DNA of 32,000 nucleotides from Trichocoleus sp. (GCA_036702865.1 DATNQD010000045.1:1-32000), one strand, 5' to 3'; shown: positions 9,062 through 18,647, counted from the stretch's first letter. Translations and numbers: made by a program. The notes: a model not told the origin generated them from the sequence alone.

Positions 9062-9580
9062 TTAACCAACTGCAGCAGCAGCGCGATCGAAATAGCTAGC
9101 CAGCTCAGAAACGAGAGAGCTGCAATCACCCTTGGTAATACCATTGGGATCGTTAGCAATTGCAAGAGCAGCATCCTTCATTTTTTGAACGCCCGCAGCC
9201 ACAGAACCACCGGGAACGCCCAGAGCTTGGTAGGTCTCACGTAGACCGTTCAAGCAGCGATCGTCAAGAACGCTGGAATCGCCAGCCAAAGTTGCGTAGG
9301 TAACATAGCGCAAGATGATTTCCATGTCGCGCAAGCAAGCAGCCATACGACGGTTGGTGTAAGCATTTCCGCCTGGCTGGATGAGCTGAGGCTGTTCTTC
9401 AAACAGAGCACGAGCTGCATTAGCAACGATGGTGGAAGCATTACCGGTGACGCGGTTCACAACGTCCAAGCGCTTGTTGCCTTCGCGAACCAGATTGTTC
9501 AGCGCATCGAGCTGGGAAGCACTTAGAAACTCACCTTTTGCATCTGCTTGAGAAACAACTTTGGCGAATGCATCTAGCAT
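9062..9580 (-). CDS. cpcB: C-phycocyanin beta subunit
   Basis: 172 aa. Starts [20 protein letters not shown]. Contains Cys82 ([10 protein letters not shown]) and Cys153 (KGDCSSL). An AGGAGA SD is present. The operon context (cpcA/C/D/E/F/G) supports phycocyanin rather than phycoerythrocyanin. Confidence 0.93.
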   Translation of the reverse strand: MLDAFAKVVSQADAKGEFLSASQLDALNNLVREGNKRLDVVNRVTGNASTIVANAARALFEEQPQLIQPGGNAYTNRRMAACLRDMEIILRYVTYATLAGDSSVLDDRCLNGLRETYQALGVPGGSVAAGVQKMKDAALAIANDPNGITKGDCSSLVSELASYFDRAAAAVG

Positions 9581-10433
9581 GGACTCAATCTCCTAATTGT
9601 TTTGGTTAAGTTCGGTTTTGATCAAACCTTGATTTAGTTTCAAGCTGGCTAAGCAACCTGAAGGAGTTCTTTACAGACACCGTCCTCACCATCTCGCTTA
9701 GTTCTGCCCACACAACTCGTCTCATTACCTCAAGGAAGAGTAGAGTCGAGAGAAATCTGAGAAAATTTCACATTTGTATGAGAAAGCAGAAAGGCTTACG
9801 AGTGATTGGTTTAGATGGCTTAAACTCTGCGTTTTTTGCCCTCCAGGTATTCTTATACAATGCTCTAGGGGCATTATTTGTTACGAGTTGTTGAGATCCG
9901 TCTCGTTCTGGAGATGAATTGCTCAAATCCAAGCCCTGACCCAATTTCGTCGCAATCTAGCCCTACAACTCGTCATATTTCTTTTCAATTTCTTGGCTAA
10001 TAAATTAAGTAATGTAAATTCATTTTTTCTTCAGATTCCCACGAAAGTCTTGTGGAATCAGGGCTATTTTTGAGGTTATTGGAAAATCTGATTGCTTTGA
10101 TAATGTAAAGCTAAGTAAATTAATTGCCTAAAGAAATTTTTAAGTTTGGTAAAGGCATCACGGAATACAGCAATTTTCGCGAGGCACTTCCAGCAGAGAT
10201 AAATTTAGCAGTGACCGAATGAGCCTCTCGATTGATTCGATCGCTGTAGCAATTTGTCACGATAGAAAAATTTGATTAGTCTGGCTCGCGACCCAAAAAT
10301 TGAGCGCAGGATTCTGGATAGTGTTTTGCTCATTACCCAGAAATTCAGCAGTCCTCGTATTGCGGCAGCTGCATTGAGGCGATCGAGCCTATTAACAAAA
10401 ACGGACAGAACAAGAGAACTAGGAATAACCGCA
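9581..10433. promoter_or_regulatory. divergent intergenic region that must hold the cpcB promoter and leader and the promoter of the TspO-like gene
   Basis: About 850 bp, partly AT-rich, with no convincing ORF, lying between divergently oriented cpcB and the TspO-like gene. It contains a thrice-repeated 9-mer (see findings). Exact transcription start sites cannot be determined from sequence alone. Confidence 0.5.
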
Positions 10434-10910
10434 ATGATTCGATCTTGGATGGTAATTGGCGGCGTCACATTCGTTATTGCTCTAATTGGCGGCAGTATCA
10501 ATCCACCTCAGGGAGTGCAGTGGTTTAAGCGGCTTCGACGTCCTCAATGGCTTACCTTTGAGGCTGCTATTCCCCTAATCTGGATCACCATCTTTGTCTG
10601 CGGCGCATGGTCAGCCTACATTGTTTGGGAAAAAGACCCTAGTAGCTCCAAGACCTGGCTGTTGATGGCAGGCTATTTGCTGCTAGAACTGCTGACACTG
10701 GCATACAATCCCGTCATGGAGTTTCTTCGGAGCCTTAAAGCAGGCACAATCATTGGCGCAACTGGTGCCCTCTGGGGCATCCTCCTAACGCTCATCGTTC
10801 TACCCATTTCTGGCTGGGCAGCCCTCTTGCTCCTCCCCTATGTTCTTTGGAGCCCGATCGGCACTTATACGACTTGGGAAATGGCGAAGTTAAATCCAGG
10901 AGATGTTTAA
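10434..10910 (+). CDS. TspO/MBR-family (tryptophan-rich sensory protein-like) membrane protein
   Basis: The ORF track gives 10272..10910. The ATG at 10434 gives about 158 aa, which fits the 5-TM TspO size. Family-like motifs are WFKRLRRPQW, IPLIWITIFVCGAWSAYIVW and the C-terminal LLLLPYVLWSPIGTYTTWEMAKLN. Confidence 0.65.
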   Translation: MIRSWMVIGGVTFVIALIGGSINPPQGVQWFKRLRRPQWLTFEAAIPLIWITIFVCGAWSAYIVWEKDPSSSKTWLLMAGYLLLELLTLAYNPVMEFLRSLKAGTIIGATGALWGILLTLIVLPISGWAALLLLPYVLWSPIGTYTTWEMAKLNPGDV

Positions 10911-11104
10911 GAGATAAGCAGAGACAGGAGAAGAAAAGAAAACTCCTGCCCCTATCATCCGCGCCCGACCATTTGAGGATTCGGCAAAGATTTGGTGCAA
11001 TTCGATCGCTTAGAGCTACAATCCTAACTGCCGAAACAGGTTATCTTGAAAGCCTTACGGCTGTGGTTGATGCAGTTCAAGCCGGACATTTGAGGAGAGT
11101 TGGT

Positions 11105-11572
11105 ATGGTTCGTTCCCTAGTTCCTTTACAAAAATTAATTCTCCGTGGTGCGGTAGCAGTTGCTGTTAGCATTCTGGCGGTCAGTTGCTCTGAGAGCAAA
11201 ACTTCTCAATGTAATAAGCTCATTGAGGTTGCGAATCAGGCAGTCACTCAGGTTCAATCAGTGACTCAGAACACTGATCCAAGTAATGCAAATCCTAATA
11301 ACGTTCAGGCGATGAGCAAAATTGCGGATGCAGCCGACCAGGCCCGATCGCAGATGCAAGCTTTACAGCTCTCGGACAATAACTTAAAAGCGTTTCAAGA
11401 TCGTTTTGTGGCAATGTATACCGAAACCAGTCAAGCGACGCGCGAACTGGTAGCAGCAGCAAATGCCAATAATCCTGAAAATGCTCAAAAATCATTCAAC
11501 GCACTGAAAGCAGCAACAGATAAAGAGAGTCCACTCGTGGAAGAAGTCAATCAGTTTTGCACGAAAGAATAA
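11105..11572 (+). CDS. hypothetical helical lipoprotein
   Basis: The ORF track gives 10847..11572. The ATG at 11105 has a GAGGAG SD and gives a signal peptide ending in the lipobox-like LAVSC. The rest is Ala/Gln/Asn-rich and helical. The longer form would overlap the TspO-like gene. Confidence 0.5.
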   Translation: MVRSLVPLQKLILRGAVAVAVSILAVSCSESKTSQCNKLIEVANQAVTQVQSVTQNTDPSNANPNNVQAMSKIADAADQARSQMQALQLSDNNLKAFQDRFVAMYTETSQATRELVAAANANNPENAQKSFNALKAATDKESPLVEEVNQFCTKE

Positions 11573-11672
11573 TTTGAGCAAACCTCAAGCCTTTAGTGAG
11601 GGGAAATTGCTGCTTCAAAATTGTTTTTTTGAATTGATGAACCAATAGCATACTGACAGCTAGCTACTCGTC

Positions 11673-11694
11673 GTCTATTGAAAGTCTATTGAAA
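11673..11694. repeat. perfect 11-bp tandem duplication (GTCTATTGAAA x2)
   Basis: 11673-11683 and 11684-11694 are identical. It lies in the spacer between the convergent lipoprotein and dipeptidase genes. Confidence 0.85.
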
Positions 11695-11702
11695 GTTCCG
11701 CT

Positions 11703-12434
11703 TCAGGCTTTGCCGTAACGTGCAGTCCAGTTCTTATTAGGTTCAGACTGCTGCATCAGCCATGCCCATACCTGATCGCCTTGCGAAAAGTGCCACCACT
11801 CGCAGTGATGTTGTCGGAATCCTGCTGCTGTCATCACTTGCTTTAGCTGTTGACGATGAGCATGGAAGCGATCGGCATCTGCCTGAGTCAGCGTCTTGTC
11901 TTGCGTCCAGGCAGTTTTATCTGCAAAGTGATCAGGGTAGGAGCGGAGAGACATTTCATCAATTGCTGACCCCATTGCTACAGGCATCCCTGTTTCATCA
12001 ACCAGCGTCACATCGATCGCAGCTCCAGTACTGTGCGGCGGCGGCATTGCCGGATCGAGACTGGGAACTGCCCAAAACTGATAAACCTCTTCCCAAATGG
12101 TTTGCTGCTGCTCTAGAGTCAAATTTTCTAGTGATAAAGCTCGCTCTGCCAGCGTTTGGGCAAAGGTATAGTCCACCATATATTGCTGAACAGCGATCGG
12201 TCGATAGGCATCAAAAACGAGGATCTTCCAGCCTGGAAAATTTTGCTGAAGCAGCGATTGTGCCTGTAGCAAGCTGTTGAGAACAGTATGACGCAGGTAG
12301 TAAGGAGATTTATTACCGTAGGGAGCACCTCGTTTAACGTAAGGATGTGGTTCTTCAAGCGCAAAGCGATCGAGCGGAATCGGAACGAGCGGTTCACCAC
12401 ATTCGACGATCGAAATTTGCTGATAAGGCTTCAT
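11703..12434 (-). CDS. D-alanyl-D-alanine dipeptidase (peptidase M15D, VanX/DdpX-like)
   Basis: 243 aa. Zn-ligand and catalytic motifs are in the family order: FDAYRP, HSTGAAIDVTL, EWWHF. Confidence 0.8.
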   Translation of the reverse strand: MKPYQQISIVECGEPLVPIPLDRFALEEPHPYVKRGAPYGNKSPYYLRHTVLNSLLQAQSLLQQNFPGWKILVFDAYRPIAVQQYMVDYTFAQTLAERALSLENLTLEQQQTIWEEVYQFWAVPSLDPAMPPPHSTGAAIDVTLVDETGMPVAMGSAIDEMSLRSYPDHFADKTAWTQDKTLTQADADRFHAHRQQLKQVMTAAGFRQHHCEWWHFSQGDQVWAWLMQQSEPNKNWTARYGKA

Positions 12435-13216
12435 AGCAGTGTTTACTAAAACAAGAGCATCGGTGTTTAGGATAGCAATCGATCAAGCTTTTTACTGCCT
12501 GAGTTTTCTTGCAACTGTTTTGATGCACATTGCATCTCTTAGAGTTTGAATTTTATCCAATTAGAAAGCGCTTTAAAGTCCAAAATCCAATTCTATTTTG
12601 GGAAATAGTAAACGAATTCAAATATGATTGAAAACTCGCAACGTCAGACTATAACAGGAATAAGCAGCTCAATAGAGCGATAACGGACGTCTTTTTGATG
12701 CTGAGCAGCGATCGTTTGTTGCAGTATTTAAAACAAATAGTAAGCCTGAATTCAGAGGCAGCATGACATCAATCCTAGTCATACTAAATCACCAAATAGT
12801 CAGGATAAATAACCCAATTATTTAGCAGAGAAAATAATATTAACTTTATTCGCCGTCTTACCGTCCATATTTCTGTAAAACAAAAACTTGAACCCAGCCA
12901 GTGCAGCGATGAGAACATCGATTACTGCTTTGCCAGCATAAGCAATCGAAAGTAAAGAACGATCGCTTCCTGAAACACGAATTCCTGAGAGCGGCATTCC
13001 GTCGAACACCTATGTTTTTGCCGTTTTTACAATTCAGGTGTTAGACCTGCGATAAATTTGTCCACAATAGGAGGGGGGTAAGACCTCACATCTATCAAAA
13101 ATCTACTAAACTCGCAATTCATCCAGATTGATCTCAGCCGAATTAACGATTGTTACTCCGATCGTTTGCCGGATTTTTGAACTTGCTTTCTGGATTCGCC
13201 TCAGGAGAACCGTTGG

Positions 13217-14176
13217 ATGAGCGACAAGACCGACCTTAACCAAATCAGCCGTCTGCTTATGAGCCTGGAACGATCGAAGAAACCTAAAATGCTCGTGGTT
13301 GATGATGAACCTGATAACCTTGACTTGCTCTACCGCACGTTTCGTCGAGAATTTCATGTACTGCGGGCTGAGAGCGGAGTTACGGCGTTGGAGATGCTAG
13401 CAACAGAAGGTGAAGTTGCGGTTATTATCTCTGACCAACGGATGCCAGAAATGAAAGGGACAGAATTTTTGAGCAAGACTGTGCCCCAGTTCCCTGACAC
13501 CATGCGGATCATTCTGACCGGTTTCACAGATGTTGAAGATCTGGTCGAGGCAATTAACTCTGGACAGGTCTATAAATACATCACCAAACCCTGGAACCCT
13601 GAAGAGCTTAAAACAGTGGTTCATCGGGCGGCTGAAACCTACGACCTTCTGAAGCAGCGGACGGAAGAACTCCAACGGGCACAAGCACAAATTACGCTGC
13701 TCGATGCGATCGTCCAGATTACGCACCAATCTTGCTCAGATGCCGATCGCCTGAATGCCATCGCTGCCGCCTACCGTGAAGCCTTTTCTACGGATATCTG
13801 CATTCTGCAATACTCTGAGGATTTAGGGCTGGCATTTGACAGCGTGATCAGCAGCCGCGTCAAGGAGACCTGCAAAACCTGGTTAAACCAGGACCCTCTG
13901 ACTCAAACTGTGATCCAATCTAAGCAAATGCAAGTGACGGTCGAAAGTTCTGCCACTCCTTTGCCCCAAATGTATCTCGATGCCGGGATTCAGGCTCATC
14001 TCCTCGTTCCGGTGCTATTTCGCGAGCGCGTTCTGGCAGTGCTTTCACTCCAGTGGGCACATCCTTATGGCTTGCGGGAAGACGAGCTATCGCTGCTGAA
14101 TCTATCGACTCATCTGGTTGGCATCGCTCTCAGCGGAATGAACTCTCACCATGCAATGATGGAAGCCAATGTGTAG
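13217..14176 (+). CDS. response regulator: receiver domain plus C-terminal GAF-like domain
   Basis: The receiver domain has KMLVVDDEPDNL, ISDQRMPEMKGTEFL and YKYITKPW. The C-terminal roughly 160 aa show a GAF-like pattern (LLVPVLFRERVLAVLSLQW, ELSLLNLSTHLVGIAL). Confidence 0.8.
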   Translation: MSDKTDLNQISRLLMSLERSKKPKMLVVDDEPDNLDLLYRTFRREFHVLRAESGVTALEMLATEGEVAVIISDQRMPEMKGTEFLSKTVPQFPDTMRIILTGFTDVEDLVEAINSGQVYKYITKPWNPEELKTVVHRAAETYDLLKQRTEELQRAQAQITLLDAIVQITHQSCSDADRLNAIAAAYREAFSTDICILQYSEDLGLAFDSVISSRVKETCKTWLNQDPLTQTVIQSKQMQVTVESSATPLPQMYLDAGIQAHLLVPVLFRERVLAVLSLQWAHPYGLREDELSLLNLSTHLVGIALSGMNSHHAMMEANV

Positions 14177-14195
14177 GATCAAAAGATAGTGTTGT

Positions 14196-14918
14196 TTGGC
14201 ATCGAAACCTGTGACTTCTTCTCCGCCCCCAGCCCAAGACGTTCAGGCGTTATTCGATCGGATTGCGCCTGCCTATGATCAGTTAAATGACTGGCTCAGT
14301 TTAGGGCTGCATCGCGTCTGGAAACAGATGGCAGTGAAATGGAGCAATGCGCGTCCTGGGTCTGTTTGTATTGATGTCTGTTGTGGGAGCGGCGATCTGG
14401 CACGTCTGCTGGCAAAACAAGTTGGGCAAACAGGGCAGGTCTATGGAGTTGATTTTTCCTGCGGTCAACTCTCGATCGCCCGTGAACGGACTGCTCAAAG
14501 CTTTCCACCGCTTCCTATAACCTGGATTGAAGGAGATGCCCTAAATCTACCCTTTGAAGCCAACTTTTTTGACGCTGCCACCATGGGCTATGGCTTACGC
14601 AACGTCACTGATATTGTGCAAAGCCTCAAAGAACTCCATCGCGTTTTGAAACCCGGAGCCAAAGCTGCAATTCTCGACTTCCACCGTCCTGAGAACCCTC
14701 CCCTGCGAGCTGCCCAACAATGGTATCTCGATCATTTTGTGGTACCAATTGCTCAAAACCTAGGATTGCGCGACGAATACGCTTATATCAGCCCTAGTCT
14801 CGATCGATTTCCACTGGGTTCTGAGCAGGTCAGCCTTGCCCAACAAGCTGGATTTACCCAAGCCATCCACTATCCGATCGCGGCTGGTGCAATGGGCATT
14901 CTCGTTGCCACAAAATAA
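14196..14918 (+). CDS. menG: UbiE/MenG-family methyltransferase (probable 2-phytyl-1,4-naphthoquinone / demethylmenaquinone methyltransferase)
   Basis: FDRIAPAYDQLNDWLSLGLHRVWK is present, along with the SAM motif DVCCGSGDL and YGLRNV. The start (TTG at 14196) is uncertain. Confidence 0.78.
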   Translation: MASKPVTSSPPPAQDVQALFDRIAPAYDQLNDWLSLGLHRVWKQMAVKWSNARPGSVCIDVCCGSGDLARLLAKQVGQTGQVYGVDFSCGQLSIARERTAQSFPPLPITWIEGDALNLPFEANFFDAATMGYGLRNVTDIVQSLKELHRVLKPGAKAAILDFHRPENPPLRAAQQWYLDHFVVPIAQNLGLRDEYAYISPSLDRFPLGSEQVSLAQQAGFTQAIHYPIAAGAMGILVATK

Positions 14919-15017
14919 GTAGCTCCAAAATAAAATAGATAATTAGAACATCACTCCTCACGAAACTCTCTCCCGCCATTTTCTGCTCCCGCATCCCCCC
15001 TATCCCCTTCACCCCCA

Positions 15018-16247
15018 TTGGACCTCGTAACGCTCTGGACACTCACAGCACCCCCAATCGTGGGTGGCATTATTGGTTATTTCACCAATGACATTGCCAT
15101 TAAGATGCTGTTTCGCCCCTATCGGCCCATCTACATTGGTGGACGTCGATTGCCCTTCACGCCTGGTTTAATTCCAAGCAACCAGGAACGATTGGCAAAG
15201 CGAGTTTCTGACACGATTATGGGATCGCTGCTAACGCCAGAAGAACTGCAAAAACTGGCTCGAAAGCTGTTGCAGATCGATCGGACTCAGGCAGCAATTC
15301 GATGGCTGCTCAACTTGGCATTGAATCAAATCCAGGGAAGCAATCAGGAGAAAGCCGCGAAGGTCATTGCAAATATTCTGCGTGATTTGCTGGGACAGTC
15401 GCTGCCGCGTTTGATGAAAGTGCTGGCAAGGCGAGAAGATTTTCTAGAAACGCAACTCAACCAGTTATTTGATCAGGTGTTGTTGGAGCTACGGTTAACC
15501 GACGCTCAGGCAGGGCAACTTGCATCCTGGGTGCTAGAGGTCGTTATTCCGCCTGATGTCATTCGCCAGCTAATCGTTGACTTTTTAACCGATCGCAACA
15601 TCAAAATTATTGATGATGGTCTGCGCGAAAAGACAAGTGGAACTGCCTGGGTCGTTGCCAATTTGTTTGGAATTCGGAATACGTTAACTCGCCTGCGAAC
15701 CTACTGCCTGGATGAACGCGAAGAAAGCAATGTTCGCCTAACAGAGCTGATTCAGTCCTTAGGCGTGCGCGATCGGCTCAGAGAAACCCTGCAAAATCTC
15801 TCTCTGCAAAATCTACCGATCACCACTGTTCGTCAACTGCGAAAAACAATGCGGGACACCGTGCGGACTTACCTGCAAGAAAAAGGCTCTAACGTACTGC
15901 AAGGGCTGAGTGATTCGATCGATTGGTACAACGTTGCTAATCTGCTGCTCAATCGACTTCGCACTTCGGAAGTTGTCAGCAGTTCCCTCGAACCCATCAG
16001 CTATGAGCTAGCTCTGATACTAGAACGCTATCTGGAGCGAGATTTAGAAACCCTTGTCGAACAGGTTATCCCCATTCTTAATATTGATCAGGTGATTATT
16101 AATCGGGTGCAGGCAACGTCTCCATCTGATCTGGAAGACGCAATTCAAGGCATTGTCAAAAACGAACTCCAGGCGATCGTCAATTTAGGCGGCGTTCTCG
16201 GATTCGTCATTGGTTTAATTCAAACTGGCTCACTGCTGCTTCGGTAA
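15018..16247 (+). CDS. DUF445-family membrane-associated protein
   Basis: 409 aa. The N-terminal hallmark is [20 protein letters not shown]. The C-terminal hydrophobic segment is [14 protein letters not shown]. The start is TTG and uncertain. Confidence 0.72.
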   Translation: MDLVTLWTLTAPPIVGGIIGYFTNDIAIKMLFRPYRPIYIGGRRLPFTPGLIPSNQERLAKRVSDTIMGSLLTPEELQKLARKLLQIDRTQAAIRWLLNLALNQIQGSNQEKAAKVIANILRDLLGQSLPRLMKVLARREDFLETQLNQLFDQVLLELRLTDAQAGQLASWVLEVVIPPDVIRQLIVDFLTDRNIKIIDDGLREKTSGTAWVVANLFGIRNTLTRLRTYCLDEREESNVRLTELIQSLGVRDRLRETLQNLSLQNLPITTVRQLRKTMRDTVRTYLQEKGSNVLQGLSDSIDWYNVANLLLNRLRTSEVVSSSLEPISYELALILERYLERDLETLVEQVIPILNIDQVIINRVQATSPSDLEDAIQGIVKNELQAIVNLGGVLGFVIGLIQTGSLLLR

Positions 16248-16405
16248 TATTGAGATTCTTTAAGACAGAATGGAAGTAAGCTTGAGCAATTCGCTTGTTG
16301 CTATAGACTTCTGTAAATGTCTGAAAAAATCCTTTAATCACTAGGGAACAATGAAAGAACAACGAGCGTAGTCGCTGTGAGTTGATACGACCGTTAGGTA
16401 GATCC

Positions 16406-17437
16406 ATGCCGCCTCTCAAGCTTTCAGAATATCAGTTTCAGGCTTTTCAAAACTTTGCCGAGGCCTCAGCTGGCGTTTTAGACTTCTTGCAAAAGAGAGT
16501 AGGTTTTGGCTTGTGGATGGTGACGCGCACCGAAGGCGATGACTGGATTGTTTTAGTAACCAACAACACGGCATCTAATGTTTACCAAGTCAAACAAGGG
16601 GATGTGTTGCACTGGTGTCACTCCTATTGTTGCCAAATGGTGCAGGGATTAGGACCCTACGTCGCACCTCGATCGCAAGAAATTCCGGTTTATGCCAACG
16701 CCTTAATTAACAACCAAGTTCCCATCGCTGCCTATATTGGCGTACCCCTAACCTGGGCAGATGGTCGTCTCTTTGGGACACTTTGTGCGATCGATCCTGA
16801 ACCCCAACCTGAATCGATCCTTGCAGAACTGCCAGTCATTCAAATTCAGGCGCAGTTGCTCTCAACCATTTTGACATCAGAACTGAAAGCGCAGGCTTGT
16901 TCTCGCCATTTGGAACAAGTTAGAACTGAATCGCAACTGGATAAGCTGACGGGAGTTTATAACCGTCGTGGCTGGGATCGACTCGTCATGGTTGAAGAAG
17001 AACGATGCCAGCGTTACGGCAGTCCTGCCAGCATTATTATCCTTGACTTGGACAATCTCAAGGTGATCAACGATCAATATGGACATGTCGCAGGCGATCG
17101 ATTGCTGCAAAAGACAGCAGCCTGTTTGATCAGCGCTGTCCGGCAAAATGACGTTTTAGCACGATTAGGCGGCGATGAATTTTCAGTTCTGGCAATTGAG
17201 GCAGGAGCTAATGTTGCCCAAGAAATTGTCGATCGGATTCACAAAAAATTGGCTGAGACGGGCATTGCAGCTTCGGTCGGTTGGGCAGTCCGAGAACCAC
17301 ATACTGGCATTCCGATCGCGATCGAGGCGGCAGATGCTCGAATGTATGAAGCCAAACGGCAAAAACATCTGACTCCTCCCCGGCTCAAACGCTTCTCATT
17401 TCTGACTCCGTTCTCGTTCAAGCATCACCCTCATTAA
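16406..17437 (+). CDS. GAF-like sensor diguanylate cyclase (GGDEF)
   Basis: The ATG at 16406 is preferred over the TTG at 16382. The GGDEF domain has LTGVYNRRGW, LDLDNLKVINDQYGHVAGD and the active site GGDEF, with an RQND I-site five residues upstream. Confidence 0.85.
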   Translation: MPPLKLSEYQFQAFQNFAEASAGVLDFLQKRVGFGLWMVTRTEGDDWIVLVTNNTASNVYQVKQGDVLHWCHSYCCQMVQGLGPYVAPRSQEIPVYANALINNQVPIAAYIGVPLTWADGRLFGTLCAIDPEPQPESILAELPVIQIQAQLLSTILTSELKAQACSRHLEQVRTESQLDKLTGVYNRRGWDRLVMVEEERCQRYGSPASIIILDLDNLKVINDQYGHVAGDRLLQKTAACLISAVRQNDVLARLGGDEFSVLAIEAGANVAQEIVDRIHKKLAETGIAASVGWAVREPHTGIPIAIEAADARMYEAKRQKHLTPPRLKRFSFLTPFSFKHHPH

Positions 17438-17461
17438 TGAGACATGAAAATGAGACATGAA
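17436..17461. repeat. perfect 13-bp tandem duplication (AATGAGACATGAA x2)
   Basis: Read directly from the sequence: 17436-17448 and 17449-17461 are identical. It overlaps the TAA stop of the GGDEF gene, in the gap between the convergent GGDEF and trpS genes. Confidence 0.9.
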
Positions 17462-17470
17462 CTGAGAAAT

Positions 17471-18481
17471 TTAGAGCCGCTTCGAGAAACCCAAGGCAGA
17501 TTTCACCTTCTCCAGCGTCACATTGGCGATCGATTCTGCTTTCTCCCGTCCCTCTCGCAGCACTTTCTCCAGATAGCCAGGCTCATCCATGATGGCATTG
17601 TACTTTTCTTGGATTGGCTGGAGTGCGCCGATCACAGTCTCCGTCAGCAATGGTTTAAATTGTCCCCAGCCCATGTCCGCGCATTCTGCGGCAACAGCTT
17701 CTTTCGTTTGGTTGGAGAGGATCATATAAAGCGATAGAAGATTATTGCATTCTGGACGATCGGGGTCATCAAAAGTGAGTCCACGCACAGAATCGGTTTT
17801 GCAGCGTTTGAGCTTGCGCTGAATCTCATCAGGTGGATCAAGCAAATTGATTCGGCTTAAGTCAGATGGATCAGACTTCGACATTTTCTTGGTTCCATCC
17901 GTTAAGCTCATCACTCTCGCCCCTTCCTTCCGAATCATTGGATCAGGCAGCTTGAGAATTGGCTGGTCTTCCTTGCCAAACAAATAATTCAAGCGAGCAG
18001 CGATATCGCGAGTCAGTTCTAGGTGCTGCTTTTGGTCTTCTCCCACAGGCACTTTATCTGGCTCATAAAGCAAAATGTCTGCGGCTTGCAGCACTGGATA
18101 GGTTAATAATCCAGCCCCCACATTTTCCCCTTGCTTGATCGCTTTTTCCTTGAACTGCACCATATCTTCCAGCCAGTTAAGCGGCGTAATGCAGTTGAGC
18201 AACCAGGCAAGCTCCGTATGAGCCGGAACATGAGATTGAACAAAAATTGTGGCGTAGTCCAGGCTAATTCCGCAAGCCAGGTACATGGCAGCAACTTTAT
18301 AGGTATTCTTCGCCAGTTTGATTGGGTCATGAGGAACGGTAATGGCATGAAGATCAGCCATAAACAAAAAGCTGTCAAAATCTTGCTGAATGTCCACCCA
18401 ATTCCGAATCGCACCCAGATAGTTCCCCAGATGTAAATCACCTGTTGGCTGAATTCCGGAGAGAACACGCGGCTTACCCAT
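17471..18481 (-). CDS. trpS: tryptophan--tRNA ligase
   Basis: 336 aa. Class I motifs are a HIGH-like GDLHLGNY and KMSKS. TrpRS-like sequence is seen throughout (QPTGDLHLGNYLGAIRNW, VPVGEDQKQHLELTRD). Confidence 0.95.
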   Translation of the reverse strand: MGKPRVLSGIQPTGDLHLGNYLGAIRNWVDIQQDFDSFLFMADLHAITVPHDPIKLAKNTYKVAAMYLACGISLDYATIFVQSHVPAHTELAWLLNCITPLNWLEDMVQFKEKAIKQGENVGAGLLTYPVLQAADILLYEPDKVPVGEDQKQHLELTRDIAARLNYLFGKEDQPILKLPDPMIRKEGARVMSLTDGTKKMSKSDPSDLSRINLLDPPDEIQRKLKRCKTDSVRGLTFDDPDRPECNNLLSLYMILSNQTKEAVAAECADMGWGQFKPLLTETVIGALQPIQEKYNAIMDEPGYLEKVLREGREKAESIANVTLEKVKSALGFSKRL

Positions 18482-18647
18482 AAACGTTACTCGATTCCCG
18501 TTGAAATACCTCTCATCATTTTGCCCGATCGCACCCAGAACAGTGTTTTTTGCAAACCATTATCTTTGGCACAGGGCAGGTCGAGCGACCTATAATTTAA
18601 GAAATGTAACAGATTTAGGCTCCAGTTCTGGCAAATCCGGATTTATC

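Noticed and set aside
10272-10433. Longer 212-aa form of the TspO-like ORF
   Set aside because: The first 54 residues are hydrophilic and Arg-rich, with no TspO similarity. The ATG at 10434 gives the typical family length of about 158 aa.
10847-11104. Longer 241-aa form of the lipoprotein ORF, overlapping the end of the TspO-like gene
   Set aside because: The extension is Arg/Lys-rich low-complexity sequence that overlaps the upstream gene. The ATG at 11105 has a good SD and an immediate signal peptide with lipobox.
12818-13009. 63-aa minus-strand ORF in the 780-bp gap
   Set aside because: It has a GTG start with no SD, and the internal ATG is also poorly supported. No family is recognisable. 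It is mentioned in a finding but not called as a gene.
13106-13357. 83-aa minus-strand ORF overlapping the start of the response regulator
   Set aside because: It overlaps the clearly homologous receiver domain on the opposite strand, and nothing supports it as coding.
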